Shown piece by piece: positions 40,701 through 53,903 of a stretch of 64,000 bases of DNA (positions are counted from its first letter, which is position 1; every line of letters starts with the position of its first letter). Source of the DNA: Antedon mediterranea (lineage: Eukaryota; Animalia; Echinodermata). The translations under genes and the position numbers were made by a program. The notes under the pieces are model-generated. The model saw nothing but the letters and a program-made list of their open reading frames with translations. It was not told the DNA's origin and searched no databases. The DNA lies in the NCBI RefSeq assembly GCF_964355755.1, contig NC_092672.1, positions 17,311,237 to 17,375,236 on the forward strand. The letters run 5' to 3'.

Positions 40701-43700
40701 AACATAAAAACATCAAAGTGTACAGAGTAGCTTCAAATCGCATTTGTAGACCTTTTTGACCTTTTTGTGATTTTCGAAAAAACTTGTTAACATTAAAACA
40801 CCAAAGTGCTTAGAATAGCTTCAAATCGCATTTGGAGACGTTTTAGACCATTTTCTGATTTTCGAAAAAACTTCTTAACATAAAAACACCAAAGTGCTAA
40901 GAATAGCTTCAAATCGCTTTTAAAGACGTTTTAGACCATTTTGTGATTTTTGAAAAAACTTTGTTAACATAAAAACACCAAAGTGCTTAAAATAGCTTTA
41001 AATCGCTTTTTGAGACATTTTAGATCCTTTTGTGATTTTCGAAAAAACTTGTTAACATAAAAACATCAAAGTGTACAGAATAGCTTCAAATCGCATTTGG
41101 AGACGTTTTAGACCATTTTGTGATTTTCGAAAAAACTTGTTAACATAAAAATATCAAATTGTACAGAATAGCTTCAAATCGCATTTGGAGACGTTTTAGA
41201 CCATTTTCTGATTTTCGAAAAAACTTGTTAACATAAAAACACCAAAGTGCTTAGAATAGCTTCAAATCGCATTTGGAGACGTTTTAAACCATATTGTGAT
41301 TTTCGAAAAAACTTGGTTACACAAAAACATAAAAGTGCTTAAAATCACATTAGAAACCGTTTTAGACCATTTTGAGAATTTCGATAAAACTTTTCGCACA
41401 AAAACAAACATCAAAGAGCACAAAATAGCTTAATATCGTATTTAAAAACGTTTTAGACCATTTTGAGCATTTCGACACAAATTTTTCACACAAAACACCA
41501 AAGTGTAAAGAATAGCTTCAAATCGCATTTTGAGACATTTTAGACCCTTTTGTGATTTTCAAAAAAACTTGGTTACACAAAAACACCAAAGTGCTTAAAA
41601 TAGCTTCAAATCGCATTTGGAGAAGTTTTAAACCATTTTGTGATTTTCGAAAAAACTTGTTAACATAAAAACATCAAAGTGTACAGAATAATTTCAAATC
41701 GCATTTGGAGACGTTTTAGACCATTTTGTGATTTTCGAAAAAACTTGTTAACATAAAAACACCAAAGTGCTTAGAATAGCTTCAAATCACATTTTGAGAC
41801 ATTTTAGACCCTTTTGTGATTTTCGAAAAAACTTGTTAAAATAAAAACATCAAAGTGTACAGAATAGCTTCAAATCGCATTTGGAGACATTTTAGACCAT
41901 TTTGTGATTTTGAAAAAAACTTATTAACATAAAATCACGAAAGAGCTTAGAATAGCTTCAAATCGCATTTTGAGACATTTTAGACCATTTTGTGATTTTC
42001 GAAAAAACTTGTTAACATAAAAACACCAAAGTGCTTAGAATAGCTTCAAATCGCATTTTGAGACATTTTAGACCTTTTTGACATTTACGAAAAAACCTGT
42101 TAACATAAAAACACCAAAGTGCTAAGAATAGCTTCAAATCGCATTTGGAGACATTTTAGACCATTTTGTGATTTTCAAAAAAACTTGTTAACATAAAAAC
42201 ATCAAAGTGTACAGAATAGCTTCAAATCGCATTTGGAGACGTTTTAGACCCTTTTGTGATTTTCGAAAAAACTTGTTAACATAAAAACATCAAAGTGCTT
42301 AGAATAGCTTCAAATCGCATTTGAGACGTTTTAGACCATTCTGTGATTTTCGAAAAAACTTGTTAACATAAAAACATCAAAGTGCTTAAAATCACATTAG
42401 AAACCGTTTTAGACCATTTTGAGAATTTCGATAAAACTTTTCACACAAAAACATCAAAGAGCACAAAATAGCTTAATATCGTATTTAAAAACGTTTTTGA
42501 CCATTTTGAGCATTTCGACAAACAATTTTCACACAAAACAGCAAAGTGCACAGAATAACTTCAAATCGCATTTGGAGACGTTTTAGACCATTTTGTGATT
42601 TTCGAAAAAACTTGTTAACATAAAAACACCAAAGTGCTTAGAATAGCTTCAAATCGCATTTTGAGACGTTTTAGACAATGTTGTGATTTTCGAAAAAACT
42701 TGTTAACATAAAAACATCAAAGTGCTTAAAATCACATTAGAAACCGTTTTAGACCATTTTGAGCATTTCGATAAAACTTTTCACACAAAAACATCAAAGA
42801 GCACAAAATAGCTTAATATCGTATTTAAAAACGTTTTTGACCATTTTGAGCATTTCGACAAAAAAATTTCAAACAAAACAGCAAAGTGCACAGAATAGCT
42901 TCAAATCGTATTTGGAGACGTTTTAGACCATTTTGTGATTTTCGAAAAAACTTGTAAACATAAAAACACCAAAGTGATTAGAATAGCTTCAAATCGCATT
43001 TGGAGACATTTTAGACTATTTTGTGATTTTCGAAAAAACTTGTTACCATAAAAACACCAAAGTGCTTAGAATAGCTTCAAATCGCATTTATGAGACGTTT
43101 TAGACCATTCTGTGATTTTCGAAAAAACTTGTTAACATAAAAACATCAAAGTGCTTAAAATCACATTAGAAACCGTTTTAGACCATTTTGAGCATTTCGA
43201 TAAAACTTTTCAAACAAAAACATCAAAGAGCACAAAATAGCTTAATATCGTATTTAAAAACGTTTTTGACCATTTTGAGCATTTCGATAAAAAATTTTCA
43301 CACAAAACAGCAAAGTGCACAGAAAAGCTTCAAATCGCATTTGGAGACGTTTAAGACCATTTTGTGATTTTCGAAAAAACTTGTTAACATAAAAACACCA
43401 AAGTGCTTAGAATAGCTTCAAATCGCATTTTGAGACGTTTTAGACAATGTTGTGATTTTCGAAAAAACTTGTTAACATAAAACATCAAAGTGCTTAAAAT
43501 CACATTAGAAACCGTTTTAGACCATTTTGAGCATTTCGATAAAACTTTTCACACAAAAACATCAAAGAGCACAAAATAGCTTAATATCGTATTTAAAAAC
43601 GTTTTTGACCATTTTGGGCATTTCGACAAAAAAAATTCAAACAAAACAGCAAAGTGCACAGAATAGCTTCAAATCGTATTTGGAGACGTTTTAGACCATT

Positions 43701-46700
43701 TTGTGATTTTCGAAAAAACTTGTTAACATAAAAACACCAAAGTGATTAGAATAGCTTCAAATCGCATTTGGAGACATTTTAGACTATTTTGTGATTTTCG
43801 AAAAAACTTGTTACCATAAAAACACCAAAGTGCTTAGAATAGCTTCAAATCGCATTTTGAGACGTTTTAGACCATTCTGTGATTTTCGAAAAAACTTGTT
43901 AACATAAAAACATCAAAGTGCTTAAAATCACATTAGAAACCGTTTTAGACCATTTTGAGCATTTCGATAAAACTTTTCAAACAAAAACATCAAAGAGCAC
44001 AAAATAGCTTAATATCGTATTTAAAAACGTTTTTGACCATTTTGAGCATTTCGATAAAAAATTTTCACACAAAACAGCAAAGTGCACAGAAAAGCTTCAA
44101 ATCGCATTTGGAGACGTTTTAGACCATTTTGTGATTTTCGAAAAAACTTGTTAACATAAAAACACCAAAGTGCTTAGAATAGCTTCAAATCCCATTTTGA
44201 GACGTTTTAGACCATTTTGTGCTTTTCGAAAAAACTTGTTAACATAAAAACATCAAAGTGCTTAAAATCACATTAGAAACCGTTTTAGACCATTTTGAGC
44301 ATTTCGATAAAACTTTTCACACAAAAACATCAAAGAGCACAAAATAGCTTAATATCGTATTTAAAAACGTTTTTGACCATTTTGAGCATTTCGACAAAAA
44401 AATTTCACACAAAACAGCAAAGTGTACAGAATAGCTTCAAATCGCATTTGGAGACATCTTAGACCATTTTGTGATTTTCGAAAAAACTTATTAACATAAA
44501 AACACCAAAGTGCTTAGAATATCTTCATACCGCATTTGGAGACGTTTTAGAAATTTTTTTTGATTTTCGAAAAAACTTGGTTACACAAAAACATCAAAGT
44601 GCTTAAAATCACATTAGAAACCGTTTGAGATCAATTTTGAGCATTTCGATAAAACTTTTCACACAAAAACATCAAAGTGCACAAAATAGCTTAATATCGT
44701 ATTTGGAGACGTTTTAGACCATTTTGAGCATTTCAATAAAACTTTTCACACTAAAACATCAAAGTGAACAAAATAGATTAATATCGTATTTAGAAACGTT
44801 TTATACCATTTTGAGCATTTCGATAAAACTTTTTCACACAAAACATCAAAATGTACAAAATAGCTTCAAATCGCATTTGGAGACGTTTCAGACCATTTTG
44901 TGATTTTCGAAAAAAACTTGTTAACATAAAAACACCAAAGTGCTAAGAATAGCTTCAAATCGCATTTGGAGACATTTTAGACCATTTTGTGATTTTCGAA
45001 AAAACTTGGTTACACAAAAACATAAAAGTGCTTAAAATCACATTAGAAACCGTTTTAGACCATTTTGAGCATTTCGATAAAACTTTTCGCACAAAAACAA
45101 ACATCAAAGAGCACAAAATAGCTTAATATCGTATTTAAAAACGTTTTAGACCATTTTGAGCATTTCGACACAAATTTTTCACACAAAACATCAAAGTGTA
45201 CAGAAAAGCTTCAAATCGCATTTGGAGACGTTTTAGACCATTTTGTGATTTTCGAAAGAACTTGTTAACATAAAAACACCAAAGTGCTAAGAATAGCTTC
45301 AAATCGCATTTGGAGACATTTTAGACCATTTTGTGATTTTCGAAAAAAGTTGTTAACATAAAAACACCAAAGTGCTTAGAATAGCTTCAAATCGCATTTG
45401 GAGACGTTTTAGACAATTTTGTGATTTTCGAAAAAACTTGTTAACATAAAAACACCAAAGTGCTAAGAATAGCTTCAAGTCGCATTTGGAAACGTTTTAG
45501 ACCATTTTGTGATTTTCGAAAAAACTTGTTTACATAAAAACACCAAAGTGCTTAGAATAGCTTCAAATCGCATTTAAAGACATTTTAGACCCTTTTGTGA
45601 TTTTCGAAAAAACTTGTTAACTCAAAAACATCAAAGTGCTAAAAATCACATTTGATACCGTTTTGACCATTTCGAGCATTTCTGTAAAACTTTTTCACAC
45701 AAAACATCAAATTGTACAAAATAGCTTCAAATCGCATTTAGAGACGTTTTAGACCATTTTGAGCATTTCGATAAAACTTATTCACACAAAACATCAAAAT
45801 GTACAAAATAGCTTCAAATTGCATTTGCACGTTTTAGACCATTTTGTGTATTTCGATTAAACTTGGTTACAGAAAAACATCAAAGTCCTTAAAATTACAT
45901 TTGAAACCGTTTTAGATCATTTTGAGCATTTCGATAAAACTTTTCACACAAAAACATCAAAGTGCACAAAATAGCTTAATATCGTATTTGGAGACGTTTT
46001 AGACCATTTTGAGCATTTCAATAAAACTTTTCACACTAAAACATCAAAGTGAACAAAATAGATTAATATCGTATTTAGAAACGTTTTATACCATTTTGAG
46101 CATTTCGATAAAACTTTTTCACACAAAACATCAAAATGTACAAAATAGCTTCAAATCGCATTTGGAGACGTTTTAAATCATTTTGTGCATTTCGATGAAA
46201 CTTGGTTACACAAAAACATCAAAGTGCTTAAAATCACACTTCAAACCGTTTTAGACCATTTTAAGCATTTCGATACAACTTTTCACACAAAAACATCAAA
46301 GTTCACAAAATAGCTTAGTATCGTATTTGGAAACGTTTTAAACAATTTTCAGCATTTCGACAAAACTTATTCACACAAAACATCAAATTGTACAAAATAG
46401 CTTCAAATCGCATTTGGAGACTTTTTAGACCATTTTGAGCATTTCGATGAAACTTGGTTACACAAAAACATCAAAGTACTTAAAATCACACTTCAAACCG
46501 TTTTAGACCATTTTGAGCATTTCTATAAAACTTTTCACACAAAAACATCAAAGTGCACAAAATAGCTTAGTATCGTATTTGGAAACGTTTTAAACCATTT
46601 TCAGCATTTCGACAAAACTTTTTCACACAAAACATCAAATTGTACAAAATAGCTTCAAATCGAATTTGGAGACGTTTTAGACCATTTTGTGTATTTCGAT

Positions 46701-47001
46701 GAAACTTGGTTACACAAAACATCAAAATGTACAAAATAGCTTCAAATCGCATTTGGAGAAGTTTTAAATCATTTTGTGAATTTTGATGAAACTTGGTTAC
46801 ACAAAAACATCACAGTGCTTAAAATCACACTTCAAACCGTTTTAGACCATTTTGAGTATTTCGTTAAAACTTTTCACACAAAAACATCAAAATCGTATTT
46901 GAAAACGTTTTAGATTATTTTGAATATTTCGACAAAACTTTTTCACACAAAACATCAAATTGTGCAACATAGCTTCAAATCGCATATGGAGACGTTTTAG
47001 A
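34717..47001 (+). repeat. 88-bp satellite, segment 3
   Basis: Same monomer; one block duplicated at offset 3489; monomers diverge toward the right edge. Confidence 0.97.
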
Positions 47002-48331
47002 ATGCAGTCATAGACATAGGCCTAATCTCAGAATATTAACTTCAATTTTCCGAACAGTTTGAATTACGAACGGCAAAAGGCCTGTACCTACAATTCAAGA
47101 GGGTGTGTGTTTGTAACGTGTAGGCCCTATACTTAAAATACTAAAGTTGATATACCTGCTGGAGGTATTGTTTTCGTACGAAAACGATCGCTATGCTGTT
47201 TTAGCTGTTAAGTGTTTGGTTTATATTTGTTTCTTAATGGTAATGCCACGTTACATGTACACATCGACATGTACACTTTTATAAGCATTAGTTTAATGTG
47301 TGAACTTTTTTTGTAAATTTATTCTATACACTTTTTGTACAATTATTTCTGTATACTTTTTTTTTTAAATAAAAGCTGTACACCTCGTTTTAAGAATGTC
47401 TGTGGCCAATGTACACTGTACACCTTTATAAGAATTAGTTTAATGTGTGAATTTTTTTTGTTGTTAATTTATTCTGTACATTTTTTGTAAAGTTATTTTT
47501 GTACACTTTTTTTATCGAAATAAAATCTGTACACCTTTGTTTTCTTAAATTCTAATAATTTGTTAGTGTTATTGTTTAAATAATTTGTGAAACTAATTTG
47601 TATTGTTTACCGCATGTTACAATATTGATGATTTCCTACAGGTAATGAACCGTTTTAGTGGTTATACTTGTTAACTTTTTAAGCAACATCACACTCATTT
47701 TAACCAGGAGGAGATAAAATGCAAATAAAACGATTTTTAAAAAGTAAACATAAATAAAATTTTTACAAAATATACCAACAACATGGAGGCCTGCAAACTT
47801 TACGAGTATAAACAAGTAATAAACTGTACTAGAGAAACACTATATCGACATTAACATACATAATTATAAACAATGAGATGGTGTAAACAGAGAAAAACAC
47901 AGGTTACTGTATAACAATGTAAGACAAACTTTTTATCCCCATTATTAATTGTTTTCTCGTGCCGCTATGCAGACTTTAAAAAGGGGGGGGGGGGGGGGGT
48001 TATCGTACATTGAGTATAAATCCTTTAGAGTAATATTCATGTTTGTTATGAGCTGGTAAGAAAAAAAGTAAAGATATAAAGGATTTGTGTAAAGATATTA
48101 CACCTAATGAGTTGAATAATGTGATGTAATAAAATGATGAGTGACTAGCAAAATATATATCGGTAGATATTTTACAGTATGATTTGAAACTGCTTTACAA
48201 TTGGAAACGTTAAACGCGTCTCCTGTGATTTTGTGAAGGAAAAATTTACATTAATATAACTTCGAGACGAAAATGATTTGTTTGGTGTATTTCCTTTTCT
48301 TTTGTCTTTGTTTCGTTTATTTATTATTTAA

Positions 48332-48671
48332 CTAGTAGCTCAGATTTGTGATTGGTTGATGTTTTTTGCTGCTATATATATATATCTCTCTAAACGTAAG
48401 ATTTATTCTTGGTAGCTTGATGGATTGATTTTTAGGCAGTGAATGGTACCAGTACTCATTAGTGGGATAATTCATCATTAATAATGTACCGTGTTTAAGA
48501 TCAACAGTTACTGGCTTAATTATTCTTTTGGGACTCTTACCTCGCGCATCACCATGTCGAAATCTAAACATACGTGTTTGCCCCAATGATACAGAGGCGA
48601 TTGGACTAAAGTTATTCATGTCTTTTTCATCATCTTTGTGTTCGCCAATGTAATCACTGCCAGTAGCATAT
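48332..48671 (-). CDS. ALKBH2: AlkB homolog 2 dioxygenase, last exon
   Basis: YATGSDYIGEHKDDE (HxD), PIASVSLG, WYHSLP and RINLTFR; AG acceptor at 48672-73. Confidence 0.9.
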
Positions 48672-48828
48672 CTATAGAGTAACGACAAAATACAATAGAA
48701 AATAAAGTATTTTAACATGAGATTATTATTATTATTATTATCCATTGGGGGAGGGGGGATGTATGTAAGTAAAATAACACTTGCACAATAGAATTAAAAC
48801 AAACAAAATAATAAACAAGAATATTTAC

Positions 48829-48971
48829 CGATTGACCAAGACAAAATTGAAGTAATGTCCTGTAACCGTTTTTAAAAGATCGCGGAGATCTTTCAGGAAT
48901 GGTGGCCACGGTAAAGCTGGTACTGTATTGCCTGAATATTTGTAAGTTAAGCCCGAATCGCCAAACGAAAC
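48829..48971 (-). CDS. ALKBH2: AlkB homolog 2, penultimate exon
   Basis: VSFGDSGLTYKYSG...PW...FNFVLVNR; canonical AG and GT; phase-2 junction CG|A joins in frame to the last exon. No upstream exon found in the window. Confidence 0.88.
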
Positions 48972-49193
48972 CTGCAGAGGGGAAAACCATACATTACATA
49001 GTAATTTAAGAATCTTATTTGGCGAGATGTAAATGAACACGCACAAATAAAATAATTTACAGTAAAAGAGTAAATTACACCTATAGCTACCCAGCGGTAA
49101 ATAAAGAAAAACAAAGGAAACGATATAGGCCTACAAGTAATTAACAAGTCATTAATACAAAACCACGGATAAAAAAATAATGGAACTAACCTG

Positions 49194-49300
49194 ATCTCAT
49201 CTCAGTCCCCGTTAACCCCATACAAGAACCAACAAAAACAAACTATCTGTTTGAAAAACATTTATTCTGGGCAGGTGCGGCCACACACCATAACCGTTGC
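49194..49300 (-). repeat. Second copy of the YR-element 3' repeat (B-type split direct repeat)
   Basis: Matches 59162-59277 apart from 2 substitutions and one 9-bp indel. Confidence 0.88.
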
Positions 49301-51258
49301 ACATAAATAACAAACCAACAAAACTAATTACAATCTTCGTTTCAGATGCCAAGGAAATGTAAGCAAAATTAAAATTGAATAGCCTTGTATCTTTTTACTT
49401 TCTATTGAACCTATTTTATAATGTAGGCCTAAATAATAATAATATGCATGAAATTAAATTTAAACATCTTAAGTGCCTTTTGTTAAATCAATTATTACAT
49501 CAGTGAAGACCTGTTACATGTGAACGCAAATTCACGGCGCCGAAAGAAAACGTATGCTAACAATAACCTAACATCTTTCTAAATCACTCTTAACCTTGGG
49601 ATAGACGAAAAACAAAGAATAACAAGAAATATTTCTTACAAAAAACGCCGCGTAACTTTTTGACTGGACAGTTGTAAGAACAGTCTTCATTAATCTAATA
49701 TAATATGTTGGCCAATCAAAACGCAAGTGAACAATTGGGACTTTACTTGTGATTTATGTCATTGGCCTGTCAGCACAGTCGTTTCTTTCTAGAATTAAAC
49801 GCACACACTTGTATTGGGAATAATGTATGTTTATGTGGTTATTACTATCGCATTTAGGTATCTATATATAAATTTACGTAAGGGCAAAATTCGGTAAATC
49901 GTGCCTTACTTTTAGAATTTTTACTCGATGGTATATAAAGTTGGTTCGTACTTTCGGTACTGATTTTAACCACCTGATGTAACCCTGTTTACTAATTAAA
50001 TTAAGTTAGATAATTAGTTATTGACGATTAAAACGAATTTAGGTTCAACGATTTGCCCCAAATAGGGGTGTTTTCCGATCGTGGTATACACTGTCTAATG
50101 GATTTCCATCTTGAAAAATACCCGCCACAAAAATGCGAGGAGGCTTCGCATTTTCCTATCTCCTCCTACGATAATTGTTTTTAATAGCTGAAAACCGGTT
50201 GAACAGCTCGAGTACAGTATCATAATGTTGAAGACAGGCCGATTTTCTTTAAAAAATACTATTTTGATAGATTTAATATACGTTTATACAAATGTATTGA
50301 TTTGCGAAGAATGGAACATTCCAATCTCTGTGTCGTTCCACAAGTTTCTATTCCCTCAGGCGTCGTAAAGGAAAGTACTGTATACTCATAACAGAAATTC
50401 GATCCATTTTTTTTTTCAATCTGTGCTGCAGAGGTTGGATATAATTTTGTTTAAACGGATAATGAGCTAGCGTTTTCAGTCGCAGTATATTTATGTACAA
50501 ATCTTTATTATTGCAGTTAAACCACCCACATCATCACCCTTCCCTCACTGGCATGAGTAGCGTTGTAAAGCCAGTAGAGGATAGGCCTACAGTGCATCAC
50601 ATGCCCTAAACGCAGAACAACTTTGGTGGGTAGGGTAGGAACCAACTTAAGTATGAATTAGCTCTAAGAAACAATTAAAAACCATTAGGCCTACTAATTA
50701 AGTTGAGTTAGATAATTTAATATTTATTGAAGATTAAATCGAATTTATGATTTGTCCCGAATAGAGGTGGTTTTCACAAATTGTTATACATTATATAAAC
50801 ATATACACGTCGTAGTGATGTGTCGTTACACGTACTGTACTTTTCAATCGACTATGACGGTGATAGTTTCAAAAAAGTATTACATCGCAATGTTTTACTG
50901 TGTTTAGTGGTATATTATTTGTAAAACATGAAAACAATTAATATTTCGTTACTAAATAAATAAAGAATGTTCCTCTTTGCACCATCCTCTTCCCCATCCC
51001 TCAACCCTAATGTTACATATAAAACACAAATTAAGTTTGTTTAAATTTGACTTAAACAATTGGTCTCATTTTGTGACAAGTTTCTTTTTCGGAAGTAATT
51101 CCTAGGGTGCTAATTTTAGTTGAGTACATAAATCACAGTGTCTATTTTATTCGTTCCTGTAAACGACATGTATTATTGTCCTGCGGTACGTACATTTGAA
51201 ATCGCCAGTTTTTTAACGCTGACATTATTAGTATTCGAGAACCATCTGTGGGCACGAC

Positions 51259-51296
51259 CTAGATGGTACGCGAGCGAAGCGAGCGTACCATCTAGT
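51259..51296 (+). mobile_element. Helitron/Helentron-type terminal hairpin
   Basis: Perfect 13-bp stem CTAGATGGTACGC / GCGTACCATCTAG with loop GAGCGAAGCGA, ending CTAG|T. Confidence 0.55.
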
Positions 51297-51478
51297 TGAT
51301 AATAATAATAATATGGCTTTTGAATATATAATTACTGTCTGTAGAATAACATTTATACATTTTCGGTTCGCGATGAAAAGTTATATGAATGGATTTGTAA
51401 TAGGTATTTATAATAATATTATAAATTCTTAATTTTGATAGGCCTACGGATAATTAATAATTTTACTCGCAGTTTTTA

Positions 51479-51700
51479 AATTTGTAATTGTATATTCTTT
51501 ATTTTATTTTTTTTATGAATTTATGTGTATATATATATTTTTATTTTAGATGGTTGTGTAATTTTGCTCGTTTTTGATATATATCTTTGTAAATTTGTAA
51601 TTGTATATTCTTTATTTTTTTTTTTATGCATTTTGTATATATATATATATATATTTTTATATTGGATGTTTGTGTAAATCTTGCTCGTTTTTGATATATT
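51479..51700. repeat. Tandem duplication of ~113 bp AT-rich unit
   Basis: aatttgtaattgtatattcttta...ttgctcgtttttgatata occurs twice. Confidence 0.8.
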
Positions 51701-52164
51701 TTTAATGTTTATGTTACTGGACGCAATTCAGTTTTGTACTGCCATGTCTTTGTTTTTAATAAACCAGAATAAATAAATAAATAAATAAATATGGGTTGTA
51801 TTATTGCTAAGCAATCACCAACAAATCGCGTTAATATAACATTATTTCTCAGGGTTTTTTACACCATTGATCAATACCAAACGCGTATCGGTATTATAGT
51901 TTTTAATGAATCATTACATTAATAAAAATACCCAATTAAATCAATCGCGTCAGTCCAATTCCGACTTATGTTTCGATCACATAGTTCTGTGTCTACACTG
52001 TCCCAACTAGTTTAACAAAAAAAGTGTGATGTGCCAAAATAATTATGGTAGTGATATGCCCGAATATCGTAGTGATATGACATCGTCATGTCTATATAAT
52101 ATGGGCACATCATATTTAGTTTGATAGTATAGACAGAGCTTAAGGATTGTATTTAAAAAATGTT

Positions 52165-53090
52165 TTCTTACATTTTGAAAATAAGTATTTATTTGTTTAT
52201 AAGCCCAATTTTCCAGTCTTAATTTTACATTTTGAAAAAAAAAGTATTTTATTTGTTGATAAGCCCAATTGTGCAGTCTTATTTTACATTTTGAACGAAA
52301 GTATTTATTTGTTGATAAGCCCAATTTTGCAGTCTTATTTTACATTTTAAACGAAATTATTTATTTGTTGATAAGCCGAATTTTCCAGTTGAATAACAAT
52401 GACCCCTTCCAAAGTGCTTATACCATATACATTCTACATGATATTGACCGTGGGTTCTTTACGCCTCTGATGCATTTGTTTTTATTGTACCTTATTATTA
52501 TTTGTTTAGGCCTAATCACACCCAATTTAATTAAACAGTCAGATTCCGATTTCAATTGAACGAAAGTAGGCCTAGTACTGTATTTATTATTCATTGATAA
52601 GCCAAGGGTCCCATGGCGTTAGCCAATATCTTGAGCATTTGACTCATGTGTCAACCTGTAACACAAATCATTCTTCAAAATCTAAAGAAAGAACCTCACA
52701 CGTCTTTTTTGTGAGTGATACACTATGGATATGCCCACGGAAATAATATGTGGACATTGCAAACAATCATAGGCCTACAGTAACAAACATAACATGGCTA
52801 ATAAGCATAACATTCAGACTTGTTTGTTTTCTAGTGGATTTTTATTTACTTTAGCATGTAGAATAAAACTAGTAACAGTGGCTATATTAATAATTATACT
52901 GATTATCCTTGATGTTATCGCGTCTAATAATAAAATATTTTGTTGTTGATAAGCCCAATTTTTCAGCCTTGATTTTACATTTTGAACGAAAGTATTTATT
53001 TGTTGAAAAGCCCAATTTTGCAGTCTTAATAATGACCCTTCCACAGTGCATTTTACATGATATTGACCGAGGGTTTTTACGCCTCTATAG
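52165..53090. repeat. ~58-bp minisatellite in two clusters with a shared downstream segment
   Basis: ttttacattttgaacgaaagtatttatttgttgataagcccaattttgcagtctt, about 4 copies at 52165-52390 and about 1.5 at 52940-53030, each followed by aatgaccc..catgatattgaccg. Confidence 0.8.
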
Positions 53091-53310
53091 CCACTGATCA
53101 ATACCATAATTAATGTACTTTTTTAAATGAATATTGAAATGTTTCAACATACCCAATTAAAAAAAACGGTAAGTTTCGAGTTCAATCTTTTGATTAGAGA
53201 GGTTGGAGTTTCATTTTGAACGATATTTATTTGATTGATAAGCCAAATTTCTAGTCCTAATGATTTGAGATTCAACGGGTTTTGCTTTCAATTGTATAAT
53301 AATATAATTA

Positions 53311-53369
<59 letters not shown>

Positions 53370-53402
53370 ACAGCAGAAAACTTGGTTACTTCATTGTTTT
53401 AA

Positions 53403-53458
53403 TCACTACAAATTTGTTTCGTACGACCAGCATGTAGCTGGCCGCACTCTTCAGGTGA
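53403..53458 (-). ncRNA. Type I minimal hammerhead ribozyme, intact core
   Basis: TCAC-CTGAAGA-GTGCGGCCAGC-tacat-GCTGGTCGTAC-GAAA-C-AAATTT-GTA-GTGA: complete core, 11-bp stem II, palindromic stem III, GUA cleavage site. Confidence 0.85.
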
Positions 53459-53487
53459 AATATAAAACATAACATATGTTTTATATT

Positions 53488-53543
53488 TCACCTGAAGAGT
53501 GCGGCCAGCTACATGCTGGTCGTACAAAACAAATTTGTAGTGA
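53488..53543 (+). ncRNA. Type I hammerhead ribozyme copy with G12>A core mutation
   Basis: Same sequence, but GAAA is AAAA at 53526. Confidence 0.75.
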
Positions 53544-53650
53544 TTAAAACAATGAAGTAACCAAGTTTTCTGCTGTTATTTTATTTATTATTTTATGCTC
53601 TACCTTGGTATTGAGCACTCTATCCAAACGGTCTGAAAATTTCAACCTGA

Positions 53651-53724
<74 letters not shown>

Positions 53725-53831
53725 ACATTAGGCAATGAACATTAATTCTAAACCGCCCGGTGATATACTGAAATTTAATTAATTAATTTGAAACGATAAA
53801 GATGAGGAAATCTGTGAGAATGAGAAAAAGT

Positions 53832-53903
53832 CGCCCCAACCGAGACTCGAACTCGGACCGCCTGCTTGATATGCAGATGTCCTAACCATTAGACCACTGG
53901 GGC
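53832..53903 (-). tRNA. tRNA-like gene, anticodon ATC (Asp), copy 1
   Basis: GCCCCAG TG GTCT AATGGTTA GGAC A TCTGC ATATCAA GCAGG CGGT CCGAG TTCGAGT CTCGG TTGGGGC G: all four stems pair, A and B boxes present, T5 terminator 2 nt downstream. Function as a tRNA is unproven. Confidence 0.68.

Larger units (their letters stand above)
53362..53584. repeat. Near-perfect palindrome (110-bp arms, 3-nt loop), Penelope pLTR/retrozyme-like remnant between (TA)n tracts
   Basis: Arms 53362-53471 and 53475-53584 with one mismatch seen; (TA)n at ~53318-53363 and ~53652-53720. Confidence 0.92.

Noticed and set aside
2393-46752. Many short ORFs (RIASNRIW.., MRFEAIL.., MLKITLET..)
   Set aside because: Chance translations of the 88-bp satellite, mostly from non-ATG starts; they recur with the repeat.
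2461-47001. CRISPR-like regular repeats
   Set aside because: Contiguous tandem monomers with no unique spacers, no cas genes, eukaryotic context.
47983-47999. G17 homopolymer
   Set aside because: Isolated simple run without informative context.
49346-49364. Plus-strand ATG CCA AGG AAA (MPRK) flanked by AG and GTAAG, resembling the missing ALKBH2 PRK
   Set aside because: Wrong strand and upstream codons do not resemble ALKBH2; probably coincidence.
53544-53735. IY-repeat ORF
   Set aside because: Translation of the (TA)n microsatellite.
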